From: the human T2T-CHM13v2.0 reference genome, Homo sapiens
Assembly: GCF_009914755.1 (NCBI RefSeq)
Contig: NC_060935.1
DNA: 64,000 bases
Direction: 5' to 3' (one strand)
The notes beneath the pieces were generated by a model that saw nothing but the letters and a program-made list of their open reading frames with translations, did not search any database and was not told the DNA's origin. Positions 11,890 to 24,795 of the stretch are shown one piece after another; position 1 is the stretch's first letter, and every line of letters begins with the position of its first letter. The position numbers and the translations under genes were made by a program.

Positions 11890-13966
11890 AAAGTCACATC
11901 TTACATGGATGGCAGCAGGAAAAGAGAGAGAACTTGTGCAGGGGACTCTTCTTAATAAAACCATCTGCTCTCATGGTACTTATTCACTATCATGAAAACA
12001 GCATGGAAAAGACTTGTCCCCTTGATTCAATTACATCCCACCAGGTCCCTCCCACAATACATGGGAATTATAGGAGCTACAAGATGATATTTGGGTAAGA
12101 ACACAGGGCCAAACCATATCATTCTGCTCCTGGCCCCTCCAAAATGTCATGTCTTCTCATTTCAAAACCAATCATGCCTTTCCAACAGTCCCCAAAAGTC
12201 TTTAACTCATTTCAGCCTTAACTCAAAAGTCCACAGTCCAAAGTTTCCTCTGAGACAAGGCAAGTCCCTTCCATCTATGAGCTTGTAAAATCAAAAGCAA
12301 GTTAGTTACTTCCTAGATACAATGGGGGGTACAGGCATTGAGTAAACACAGCCATTCCAAATGGGAGAAATTGGCCAAAACAAAGTGGCTACAGGCCGCA
12401 TGCAAGTCCAAAATCCAGCGGGGCAGTCAAGTCTTAAAGCTTCAAAATTATCTCCTTTGACTCCATGTCTCACATCCAGGTCATGCTAAAGCAAGAGGTG
12501 GGTTCTCATGGTCTTGGGCAGTTCCACCCCTGTGGCTCTACAGGGTACAGCCTCCCCCCTGGCTGCTTTCACAGGCTGGCGTTCAGTGTCTGGGGCTTTT
12601 CCAGGTGCAGACCCTCTCTGTATAGGGGGTCCAACCCCACATTTCTCTTCTGCATTGCCCTAGCAGAAGTTCTCCATGAGAGCCCCGCCCCTGCAGCAAA
12701 CTTCTGCCTGGACATCCAGGCATTTCTATACATCCTCTGAAATCTAGGTGGAGGTTCCCAAGCCTCAATTCTTGACTTCTGTGCATCCACAGACTCAACA
12801 TCACGTGGAAACTGAAAAGGTTTGGGGCTTGCACCCTCTGAAGCCACAGCCCGAGCTGTATCTTGGCCCTTTTTAGTCATGACTAGAGCAGCTGAGATGC
12901 AGAACACTAAGTCCTAGACTGTACACAACACACAGACCCTGGGCCCAGCCCACAAAACCATTTCTTTCTCTTAGGCTTCCAGGCCTGTGATGAGAAGGGC
13001 TGCCATGAAGACCTCTGACATGCCCTTGAGACATTTTCCCCCATTGTCTTGGGGATTAACATTCGGCTCCTTGTTACTTATGGAAATTCCTGCAGCTGGC
13101 TTGAATTTCTCCTCAGAAAATGGGATATTCTTTTCTATTGTGTGGTCAGGCTGCAAATTTTCCAAACTTTTATGCTCTGCTTCCCTTATAAAACTGAATG
13201 CCTTTAACAGCATCCAAGTCACCTCCTGAATGCTTTGCTGCTTAGAAATTTCTTTTGTCAGACACTCTAAATAATCTCTCTCAAGTTCAAACTTTCACTA
13301 ATCTCTAGGGCAGGAGCAAAATCCCACCAGTCTGTTTGCTAAAACATAACAAGAGTCACCTTTGCTCCAAGTCCCAACACATTCCTAATTCTCATCTGAG
13401 ACCACCTCTGTCTGGACTTCATTGTTCATATCACCATCAGAATTTTCGTCAAAGCCATTCAACAAGTCTCTAGGAAGTTCCAAACTTTCCCATATTTTCC
13501 TGTCCTCTTCTGAGCCCTCCAAACTGTTCCAACCTCTGCCTGTTACCCAGTTCCAAAGTCACTTCCACATTTTTGGGTCTCTTTTCAGTGGCACCCCACC
13601 CTGGTACTAATGTACTGTATTAGTCTGTTCTCACGCTGCTAAAAAAGACATACCTGAGACTGGGCAATTTACAAAAGAAAGACATTTATTGAACTTAAAG
13701 TTCCACATGGCTGAAGAGGCCTCACATCAGGGCAGAAGGAAGGAGCAAGTCACATCTTACATGGATGGCAGCAGGAAAAGAAAGAGAGCTTGTGCTAGGG
13801 ATCTCCTCTTAATAAAGCCATTAGATTGCATGAGACTAATTCACTATCATGAGAACAGCACAAGAAAGACTTGCCCCCATGATTCAATTACCTTCCACGG
13901 GGTCCCTCCCACAACACACGGGAATTCAAGATGAGATTTGGGTGAGGACACAGCCAATCCATATCA
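11890..13966 (-). mobile_element. THE1A (MaLR) provirus: truncated LTR 11890-12121, internal 12122-13615, complete LTR 13616-13966
   Basis: Two THE1 LTRs ending ...ccatatca; THE1A-type aagtcacatcttacatggatggcagcagg; ~1.5 kb THE1 internal sequence. Confidence 0.92.
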
Positions 13967-15343
13967 AACCCTCAATGTTCTCCATGAGGATTGGAATCAA
14001 CTTCTAAACTCTTGCAAATGTTTACCTTTTGACCTCCTCTCATGAATTATGACTATTCTTAATGATGTCTAGAATGGTAAATTTATTCTGGAAGGCTTTC
14101 AAGTTACTTTGGCCAAATCCATAAGAGGAGTCACTATCTATGGCAGCTGTAGCCTTACAAAATGTATTTCTTGAATAATAAAACTTGAAAGGTTGAAACT
14201 GATCCTTGCTCTTTTATCCATAGGCTACAGAATGAATGTTGTTAGTAAGCATGAAAACTACATTAATCTCCTTGTATATGTCCATCAGAGCTCTTGGATG
14301 ACCAGGTGCATTGTCATTGAGCAGTAATATTTTGAAAGCAATCTTTTTTTCTTAGCAGCAGGTCTCAACATTGGGCGTAGAATATTCAATAACCCATGCT
14401 TTAAAAAGATGAGCTGTCACCCAGGCTTGATTGTCCTATTTATATAGTACAGACATAAAAGATTTAGTGACATTTTTAAGGGCCCTAAGATATTTAAAAT
14501 AATAAATGAACATTGGCTTCGACTTAAAGTCGCCAGCTGCATTGTGCCCAGATAAAACAGTTAGCCTTTGTCAGCTTTAGCTAAGGCTTTGAAGCTTTGA
14601 AGACAGGCATTGACTTATTCTCTTTAACTATGAAAGTCCTATATGGCATCTTCCTCTGAGAAAAGGCTGTTTCATCTACATGGAAAATCTGTTGTTTAAT
14701 GTAGCCAGCTTCTTCAATGATCTTAGCTATGTTCTGGATAATTTGCTGAGGCTTCTGCATCAGCACTTGCTGCTTCACCTTGCGCTTTTACGTTATGGAG
14801 ATGACCACTTAAATCTCATCAACCAACCTCTGATTGATAGATTCAAACTTTCCTTCTACAGTGTCCTCATGTCTCTCAGCCTTCAAGGAAGTGAAGAGAG
14901 TTAGGATCTTGCTCTGTGTTAGGTTTTTTCCTCAGGGAATATTGTGTCTGGCTTGATATTTTATCCACATCACTAAAACATTCTCTATATTTTCCATAAG
15001 GCTGTTTTGCTTTCTTTTCATTTGTGTGTTCACTGGATTAACACTTTTAATCTTCTTTGAGAACTCTTCTTTGCAGGCAGAACTTTGCTAAATGGTGAAA
15101 GGGGTCTAGATTTCAGCCTATCTAGGTTTTCAACATGCCTTAATCATTTCCAGCTTTTGATTTAAAGTGAGAGACATGTGACTCTTTATCATCTGAACAC
15201 TTAGAAGCCATTTTAGGGTTATTAACTGCCATAATTTTAATACTGTTTTGTCTCAGGGAATAGGAGGGCCCAAGGAGAGGGAGAGAGATGGGGGATCATC
15301 AGAATACACCCAACATTTATCAAATAAGTTTGCTATCTTATAT

Positions 15344-15984
15344 TGTTCCCAGACCGAACCAAGGATTGGGATACTTATTCTCGCAGCCCAATAATAAGAT
15401 GCAGGTGAACTGGGAAAGAAGAGAGTTTATTTCTGTAACCGAGTACAGGGAGAAGGCCAGGAAAATATTGCCAGACCAATTCAAAATTAAGAGGTTTTCC
15501 AGAGCTTATATACCTTCTAAGCTATATGTCTGCGTGTAACTGTGTAACTTCTTCTAATCTATAACTAAGGTTTGAGTCCTGAAGACCTTCCTCTGGAGCC
15601 TCAGTAAATGTACTTAATCTAGATGGGTCCAGTTGCTGGGGTGATTCCCTTATTTTGTCTCCTGCTAAATCATGAAGGCTTGGGGAGTTCCTTCAGATCC
15701 CAATAAAACTTGTTTGTGGAAGGCTGAGGAGTTTCTTCAGACCTGCACTAAAACTTGTTTAATCTTAAATGAGTCCTGTTAAGAATTTCTTCATTTTGTT
15801 GTCATGCTTCAAGACCCAGGAAAGGCCTGGGCAAAACTTGATGGGATTTTGTTACATTCCAGCCTTTGTATAAGGGCACTGGCTCTCTCAGCTTTTAATA
15901 TTTAACTTTACCACTCAGTCAGTGCTGAAACAGTTGTCATGGAGGTCTGCCTCTTCTGCCATTAGTGAGACCTGGCCTGCCACA
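15344..15984 (-). mobile_element. MER39-family solo LTR (ERV1)
   Basis: TG...CA termini, ends tagtgagacctggcctgccaca (reverse complement of the MER39 start), 4-bp TSD ATAT (15340-43, 15985-88). Confidence 0.85.
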
Positions 15985-16029
15985 ATATGGGCACATTTCA
16001 TGGTATCCAAAAACAAAATAGGTTGTGAG

Positions 16030-16490
16030 GAAAGTTAGTATTTGTGTTTTCTATTATGAGCAATGTAAGTCTCTCCAATTATTTAGGTCTCCATTTATTT
16101 AGGTCTTCTTTAATGTCTATTCATTTTGTACTGATATAATGATTTCCATGAAAGTCTTGCACATGTTTTGAAAATCATTTTTCCAGGGAAACTTATATTA
16201 TGTTTTCATTGGAAATGGGCTTCTTTTTTCTCAGATTACATATTCTAACTGTTGAATTTTCTACATTGCTCTTGTACACTTACCAACAATGATCAACTTT
16301 TAAAAATTAATTTTAGTAAATTTATCTATAAATTCATATTATTTGAGAGTAATGATAATTCTGTTTCTTCCATTCCAATAATTTTTGTACTTTTACTTTG
16401 CACTGACCAGAACCTGAAATACAATGCTGTTTAGACATAACAATTGTTACTCCTTATTTTAAGGAAATTAAAATGTTATCTTAAAAGTTT
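16030..16490 (-). mobile_element. Old L1M ORF2 remnant
   Basis: ctccatttatttaggtcttctttaat; ttgcactgaccagaacctgaaatacaatg. Confidence 0.55.
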
Positions 16491-16631
16491 TCAATTGTTA
16501 GCTTCAAAGCTACCTTGGAGATGGAATTATATGCAGTCCAAATTACAAGAAGAGTTACCTCAGATTCAGTCCTGTCCCCTCTAATTTTTAGCCAGACATA
16601 TTAGAAAAGTGAGGCACAGAGGGAATGATGT

Positions 16632-16798
16632 TGGGGAGAAAGAGAGATAAAGACAGCGACAGAGACAGAGAGAGCCAAAGAGACAGAGACAGAGGGAGAC
16701 ACACATAGAGACATATAGAGACAGAGAGAGACAGAGATAGATAGACAAAAGAGAGGGAGAGAGAAACAGAGAGAGACAGAGAGACAGAGACAGAGACT
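16632..16798. repeat. GA/GACA-rich low-complexity repeat
   Basis: Degenerate (GAGACA)n purine tract. Confidence 0.9.
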
Positions 16799-17916
16799 GG
16801 TTCTCTATTTACCTACAGATTGATAAGAAGGGTGAAATTCTGTTGAATAAGCTCAGTTGCTTCTGGAATTGGTAGCTATTTCAGAAAGGAAAGTAGATAC
16901 TTAGAAATGAGGACAAGAGGCAGAGGGAGGCAGAGAAATGAGGAAAAGCTGAGGAAACAATCACTTACTAGATTGGTTGTTTTTCCAACTATTCTCTTTC
17001 CAACATTTATATTCTAGCATTGCCACTTGTTAAACACGCATCTTTCGTTTCTATCCATTCCTTCTTCACTGTGCCACCAATTTGTGTTCTCCTCCACTCA
17101 CATGACTTGGAAAGATCAGGCAAACTCCATCCTGGGACAAGGGGAATTGACATCTGTTATACCAATGAGCAAGCAAGGCACCTCCCAGCACCTGCCTTTG
17201 GTCCCTGAGAAGAAATAACCCTATACAAAAAAAAAAAAACTCATATTCAGCATTTCCAACTATTAAATGTTCCCATTATTTGAATTTTCCAGATAACTAA
17301 AGCTTCATAATTTAAATATACCATGTATATATAATCATTTTGATGGAAATCTTTCTAAAATGTATTGCAAACTTATTTTCCTTACTAAACAGAATATTCT
17401 TGACATAACTTAATCTTTTCTTGATGATTCAGGGCCATTGGTATGGCTCAAATATAGAGATGCCCTCAGGGATGATTGTGGAACTAAGGGCTGTGTGGCC
17501 AACACTTACTGGCTGTAGGCTGCTAGACATTTCCAGTTAATGTATCTTCTGTCCCTTCTGTTTCTGACACTTGTCACTTTCCAGTGTGCTTGCTTCTAAC
17601 AGCACCCCTCCTACTTTGCTGCTTCTAATTTGTTCTCCACTGTAACTTTGGAAGAACTGATGGTTGCCAGGGGAAACCAGGAAACCAAGGTTATGAAATC
17701 AGTACTCTGAATATCCTTGGCTGTGGCCTGGGGAGGGTTTCATCCTTTGCTTCCAGAATAGGGAAGAATTCAGGCATTAGACAACTATCATTTTTGAGGT
17801 CCAGAGGTCTGGGTGGGGTACTTAGGACATTTCACTTTTAAGCTGTAGCAAAAGGAAGATAAACCTATTATAAAGGCTTGGAAATCTTTGAATCATTTTT
17901 TCAGGAGAGCAAATAA

Positions 17917-17919
<3 letters not shown>

Positions 17920-17950
<31 letters not shown>
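17920..17950. repeat. poly(T) run (31 nt)
   Basis: Directly visible. Confidence 0.95.
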
Positions 17951-17951
<1 letters not shown>

Positions 17952-18245
17952 TGAAGTGTTGGTGAGGGCTCGGCATGTCCTTTATATAGGGATCACCCTA
18001 GGTTGAGACCCATATTAAGTATAATTAGTAAAACAGAGCCATGCATACTCTATCAATGTTCTAAGAAGGGTCCAGTCAGCAGCAGGCCCTGGTCAGAAAA
18101 GTTTCCTGAGGTCAACAGACTCATAAATACAACTGTGGGTTACCTCATTTGAAGAAAATAATGGATTATATCAACTGTTATTTGGCTGTTAGACATTTGG
18201 AAATCTTAAAAGAAAACTAAAGATTTCATTTCTTGAAAAGTTGTA

Positions 18246-18733
<488 letters not shown>

Positions 18734-19379
18734 TTAATAAACATCTGAAGACTTGCAAAATAAGCCCCAAATATGTAAGAAGTAGAATTCGATCGTTCTC
18801 TCTCGTTCTTATTTTTTCTACCTCCTTCTGCCTCTGCCTGTTTCTCTCTGCTATGCTTGGACACAGTACAATGACAGGAACCTGGTTATTAAGAATTGGA
18901 TGTTGGAGCTGAAATCTAATTAATTAGGCAGTGACTGATCTCCTTAAGTACAAAATCTGGAGAAGCTGACAACAAATTGACTCAATGCTGTGTTGATGCT
19001 GGAATAATGTGAATCTCTCCCATCTAAGGTATAACTGGACCTTTAGAATAAGAAGGGGCTGATGGCTCGGGTGAATGTCAGATGGTACTTTTCTAGCAGA
19101 AAGAAATATACCCAGTAGGTGATGAGAACCAGGTAGTATAGCATAATTCTCATGCTGGCTGCTACTTCTGCCTGTGGCTAGAATGAAAAGTCAATTCTGA
19201 GATGCTTCTTATGAGACCAAAGTTGTTTAACTAAGACACTACAAAAAATTATTATCCCTGTAAATGTTGAGCAATATGGTTTCCAGCTTTCTCCTAATGA
19301 CTTCCTCTCCTGCTTACCTGATGGGTGGAAGTTAAATGTCTAAGGTCCATTTTATGTCCTTAAAAGAGTTTGACAGTGT

Positions 19380-19868
19380 TGATTACCTGGGATGCTGAAT
19401 ACGTTCCTTGTATTCCTTTACATCCAGGTTACTTCTTCACCATCCTACTTGGTGACCTGGGTGGCTGACGTCTATGGACTGCATCAAGAAGTTCTCCTGT
19501 CCTTTGGCTTCTTGTTGATTTTGGCTAATTTCAGGGACTCACAAGGGATCAAAAAGTGGGAGGAGAGTAAAATCAGAGTATTTATTCTCTTCTCGCCCTC
19601 CATTCCATTTCACCATAGCTTGGCTGTTTCCTTTTGCTGAGAAACCCCCTGTACACAGGTTCTCTCCCCTGTGGCTACAGACTGTTCATCTTTTGCTTTT
19701 CAGGCATTGCAGTGAGAGCTATGAGTTACTGCTAGCCCTGGGAGACTGACCATCCTCTTCTGGTTTCTCGTATTCCACTCCCCATTTTTGTAAAAAGTCT
19801 CTTTACTAAAACTCTTTCATGACCTCCTTTGAGTACGTTGTTTATTTCTGCTGGAACATCTGGCAAAG
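19380..19868 (+). mobile_element. LTR33-like ERVL solo LTR
   Basis: ggctgacgtctatggactgcatcaa; ggaggagagtaaaatcagagtatttattc; tttgtaaaaagtctctttactaaaactc. Confidence 0.65.
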
Positions 19869-20054
19869 GTGGAACTACAGAGAGGGAGGTTTCATGGAGA
19901 AAGAAGATGGAGGCTGAGGACATATAACTCGTGGAACTTGCTCTGGTGCAGAAAGTCCTAATTATACTAACACTGAGAAATAGTATGTAGGACAATCATT
20001 GAAACAAAAGGCAAACATTGAAACAAAAGATGATATCTTCACTGAGCGTAATAT

Positions 20055-20270
20055 AGTGACATAGTATAGTGACAGGATATTTGAACTAAAGTCAGAAAAC
20101 CTAGAGCCAAATCGAAACTCGACCTTTTTATCACTGCATATATTTTAGAGAGCCACTTAATGTCCTTGAGCTATTTTTTCCTATAAAATTTTCCTAAGGA
20201 GTAAAAGAGCTAATGAATGAGGAAGGATTTTATAAACTACAAGACACATACAAATGTTAGTTATTACTGT
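20055..20270 (+). mobile_element. MIR SINE
   Basis: aagtcagaaaacctagagccaaat...ccacttaatgtccttgagc...caaatgttagttattactg. Confidence 0.6.
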
Positions 20271-20381
20271 TAACCTCATAGATTCTCCATTTCTCCCCAT
20301 TCTTTTTATAGCACGTTCCAAATTGTATTCTGTGGAACATTGGTTATGAGAGATACTTTAAAAAAAAAAAAAAAAGAGAGC

Positions 20382-20594
20382 CCAGTCTGGGCAATATGGT
20401 GAAACCCTGTCTCTACTAAAAATACAAAAAATTAGCTGGGCTTAGTGGCGGGTGCCTGTAGTCCCAGCTATTCAGGAGGCTGAGGAAGGAGAATTGCTTG
20501 AACCCAGGAGGCAGAGGTTGTAGTAAGCCAAGATCGTGTCAATGCACTCCAGCCCGGGTGACAGAGTGAGACTCCATCCAAAAAAAAAAAAAAA
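20382..20594 (+). mobile_element. 5'-truncated AluS
   Basis: Starts at ccagtctgggcaatatggtgaaacc; flanked on both sides by A-run + GAGAGAG (TSD). Confidence 0.9.
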
Positions 20595-21268
20595 AGAGAG
20601 AGAGAAGGGGATTTAAATCCAAAAAGGTTTGAGAAATATTGCATATACCCGTAGTCTCTTTGGAGATTCATAATACAACTTAGTTTGCTAGAGAATCTGA
20701 AAATTATGGTATTAAAATCACTCAGTTAACTTAGCTTAAACTATTTAGCAATTTCCAAACCAAGGTACCAAGAAGCCCTTCATGACCTGCAACTTGTATG
20801 ACCATTTGGTGGAACTAGCAGTTCATGGAACATACCTGGTAGATGCTGTCACCTAAAGATTTCTCTGTTTACCCCGGATCCATGGGGTCTTCCCACTCCA
20901 GACTAGTCTGCATAGGTGCTTGTATGATATGCACTCAACTCCTTAAACCTCAGGGCATCAAGTAGCTCAGTAGGTCACCATCTTTTTTTCCCTACAAATT
21001 TTTCTTAAAATTCATATAAAAATTGCATTCATATGAATATATTGATCTACCCAGATTTCAGTGACCCTCCCCACTAAAATTTCTAAAGGATGTAATGTAT
21101 CTCTATAATTATTTGTAATCGGCCCAACGAAGTAAGAATGCAACTGGAAGAAGAAGTGATGTCACGCATATAAACTGGAATGGTATACATCTATACAATG
21201 TCCAGGGCACTAGTCAGATCTTAAGCTTCAACCCTTTCTTCTCCTAGTAAAAAAAAAAATGCAAATGG

Positions 21269-21608
<340 letters not shown>

Positions 21609-22089
21609 TTAACATTGATTCAATTTTCACTCATTTTTAAAGTGATTTTTTTCTATACACAAAAACTGTTTGCTACATATCTCTCAACTCATTTTCAATA
21701 GACACACTGAAGAACAGATGGTCTTTAAACAGATATTTTCCTATGGTAATGATGAGGCTCTGGCGGGCATTCCAGCCACTAGGGAATAGAAATTTAAGGC
21801 TACTTTCTCCAAAAAATTTTAGATATAAAGAGAGAAAACAGAAGTTGCTGGTGGTGAATGTCTGACTTGTGTCACCGAGACACTCATTTGTTCAAAGTGA
21901 GGGGTTTTCTTTCCTGAATAATCTTCCTTCACTCAATACATTTCTATTTCAATAGTTTCCACTGTTTCTGGTTTCTCAGAAGATTCTTGGCATTGTGATT
22001 TTAAATAGAACTAAGCTTTGAGGTACAAATGAGAGCAAAAACAAAGAAATATTTAAACTTGAAGGGGAAATATCTGCACCCCTACATCC

Positions 22090-22265
22090 TTTAATTTCTA
22101 TTTTATTGTTATAAGAATACTTAACATGAGATCTACCCTCGTAACAGATTTTTAAGTGCACAATACAGTATTTTAAACTATAGACACAATGTTGTACAGC
22201 ATATCTCTATTCATCTTGCACTACTGAAACCTTATACCTGTTAACTGGCACCTCCCCATTTTACT
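22090..22265 (-). mobile_element. L1MA/L1MB 3' end fragment
   Basis: taagaatacttaacatgagatctaccctc...ttttaagtgcacaatacagta...tgttgtacagc. Confidence 0.8.
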
Positions 22266-24240
22266 AATCTCTCTTTATCTACTAGGCCGGATAAGCACTA
22301 CGAAAACTTCTGATTGATAATGGAATTGGCTCTGCAATAGTCAGACAATGACCTGAATTTCTGAGATTCCCAAAATATTTTTCTGGGAACAACATCGCAG
22401 GTAACTAGATTTGTATTCAGATTCATTTAGTGTAAGATTATGCATGCACTTCACATATGCCAATATGAATAGTAAATGTTGTTTATGGGAATTTTCCAAG
22501 TGAAGATTTTGCAAGGAGTATTTTGACATTTATGTCATTATGATTCAAAATTTGTTTTTTTCTCTGATTCTTATCCACTCATCCATGAGAAGCAGTAACA
22601 CTATGAATTTTTCAAATGAAAGCACCAAGGTACCTGACTTATATAATACCACTACTGTACTCTGACAGTAGCTTTTCAAGTTCCAGGCATAGTCCAGTAT
22701 GACTCTACTTTTTCCCAAGTCCACTGTGAGAGCTTATCCACACAAATAAGCTTTGAGAGAAAGGCTTGCCACATTCTTTAGCCTACAGTTGGATGCTGTG
22801 TTCAAAAAATAATACAAGACCATCTACAGCAAGAGAATTCAATAATTCTTTGACTACATGGGACTTGTATGCTGAAGTGCTTGTGATTGGGTGAAGTGTG
22901 AAATAGAGAGCCACTGATTTGCTGTTCATTATGGGAAGTAACGAGATATGTTTATCACTGAGTAGACAGAAAAGACCTTATGGATTCGAAAGGAAGTAAA
23001 ATACTTGCTTGTCTTGGAAATGTTGGCATATCTTTAAGTGAAAGCTTGGTCCCTAGAAGGTCTGGTGGGAAAGATTAGATTCATTTCCCATTTATTCCAA
23101 TTGGTAAAATAAAATCTTGAATATGAACAGGGAGGTTTGAGATCTGAGACCTGGGCATCATTTTATACAAGGAACGAACAGTCCATGTCTCAAATAGTGA
23201 CTAATCTTTTTGTGACAATATGATTTACCTTTAGCATATCAACAACCAGCTGTTCTCATTAACTGTCTGACTTTGGGATGTGAAGTATACAGTTTAAGCC
23301 CTTGCGGGAAGCAATTTTATCTTTCTTTATTCCCAAAGACTGCTGAATTAGGACACACAAGCATTTTGCTTTCATAGTCATTGCATTGAAATAAGCTTGT
23401 GCCGAAGACTTTCACTTAAAAGTGATCAGTTTTAATTGTAATTATCAATATTAAGTTATTCTTAAGTGATTATTTATATGTATTCGTGCTACGGTGGCAA
23501 TAAAGACTTCACTGCATTCAACTAACAAAATTAAAACATTGCCAAAGCAAAACTGGGTAAAATAGCCCTAGTTACTCCCTGTTTTCTCTCTCTCTCTCTC
23601 TTTCAAAAAACACATATCTATATTCATATCTACACATACACATACACGTATAACATACACATATTCATAAATTTCTCATGACTTCTCTTTTCCTACTCAA
23701 TACTTATTTATTCCATACCTGAATCAAGCTGGAAACAAGCTTCCAGTGTTCCCCTAAACAAGAAAATTCTAACCAATATGGAGAATCTTTCTGATTGTAT
23801 ATGCAGTTTTTCATGTGGCTGATACACTTCACAAGGGAATTTTTTTTATTACTTCATGTACTGTCCTTGCAGAAGGTGCCCAGTTGATTTAAAGCTCTGA
23901 TCTTTAAATACCTCTTTACTCACTCTGCTTAGAGGGGAGGGAAAGTGGCTTAACCTAATAGATAAATTTGGGAAAACAATTTAGGCATGCTTGGTTCAGC
24001 TCCTCTCTTTTTCCTTTGGAGGACCTGCTTCTTAACAGAGCAGAAATTTACCTCTCCTATACAGTCATGCGCTGCATTGGAACATGAGACGCTCTTCCTG
24101 ACCTACAGCTCTCTGAGAATGGGTCAGTGCATCTGTTTGCTTCCAGGGTTTAGTTAGCAAGCCCTTTAAGCCACATTCTTCAACTTATACTTTATGATGA
24201 AATTTCCCAAATGAGGTTCCATAAATGGCCAAAGACATGC

Positions 24241-24792
24241 TGAAGCAGGAGAATAGAGTCTGGAGGTGGTGAACCTAAGGCCTATTCACCTTGACTTCGT
24301 AAAACTGAATCAAAAGGAAAACCCCACCTCTCTACACCAAAGTATCAAAAGGATCAGAGGCTACTCCCTTTGCACTGTGTTGCAGATGAAAAATGGAAAG
24401 TACCTCTGATTGTTCCCCTCCTGCAACCAATCAGACTTGTCATGGGCCAAGTCTTCATATGTAACTTTGAACCTCACTTCAGCCTCTGATTGGTGCCCTC
24501 CCATAACCAATCAGACTGGTTGTGGGCCATTGCTTCGTTTACATAGGGTATAAAGAAGTAACCAATGAGAAACCTCTCGAAGGTATTTAAACACCCCAGA
24601 AAATTATGTAAGCAGCCCTCTTGAACCATTTGCTTGAACCCATTCCTACTTTATGGAGTGTACTTTAGTTTCAATAAATCCATGCTTTTATTGCTTCGTC
24701 TTTCATTGCCTCATTTGTGTGTTTTGTCCAGCTCTTTGTTCAAAACACCAGGAACCTGGACAACTCATAGCCAAGACCCTCCACAAGTAACA
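24241..24792 (+). mobile_element. MER51 solo LTR (ERV1)
   Basis: tgaagcaggagaatagagtctggagg...aaaaggaaaacccc...; CCAAT boxes; AATAAA at ~24673; ends gtaaca; TSD ATGC (24237-40 and 26380-83). Confidence 0.85.
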
Positions 24793-24795
24793 ATG

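Larger units (their letters stand above)
11579..16018 (-). mobile_element. Tigger1 DNA transposon in three pieces (11579-11889, 13967-15343, 15985-16018)
   Basis: Terminal sequence ...ccagaccacagcaataaggcaaatattacaataa; ORF 14581..14778(-) gives IAKIIEEAGYIKQQIFHVDETAF...KMPYRTFI, a pogo/Tigger transposase DDE (DET) region; frame disrupted. Confidence 0.9.

Noticed and set aside
14581-14778. Transposase-like ORF (possible domesticated TIGD-type gene)
   Set aside because: 65-aa remnant in a fragmented, interrupted Tigger1
17920-17950. Isolated poly(T) as a processed pseudogene tail (also the run at ~29183-29205)
   Set aside because: No adjacent poly(A) signal, TSD or recognisable retroposed body
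17979-17990. CArG-like CCTTTATATAGG
   Set aside because: Eight A/T between CC and GG rather than six; not a canonical SRF site
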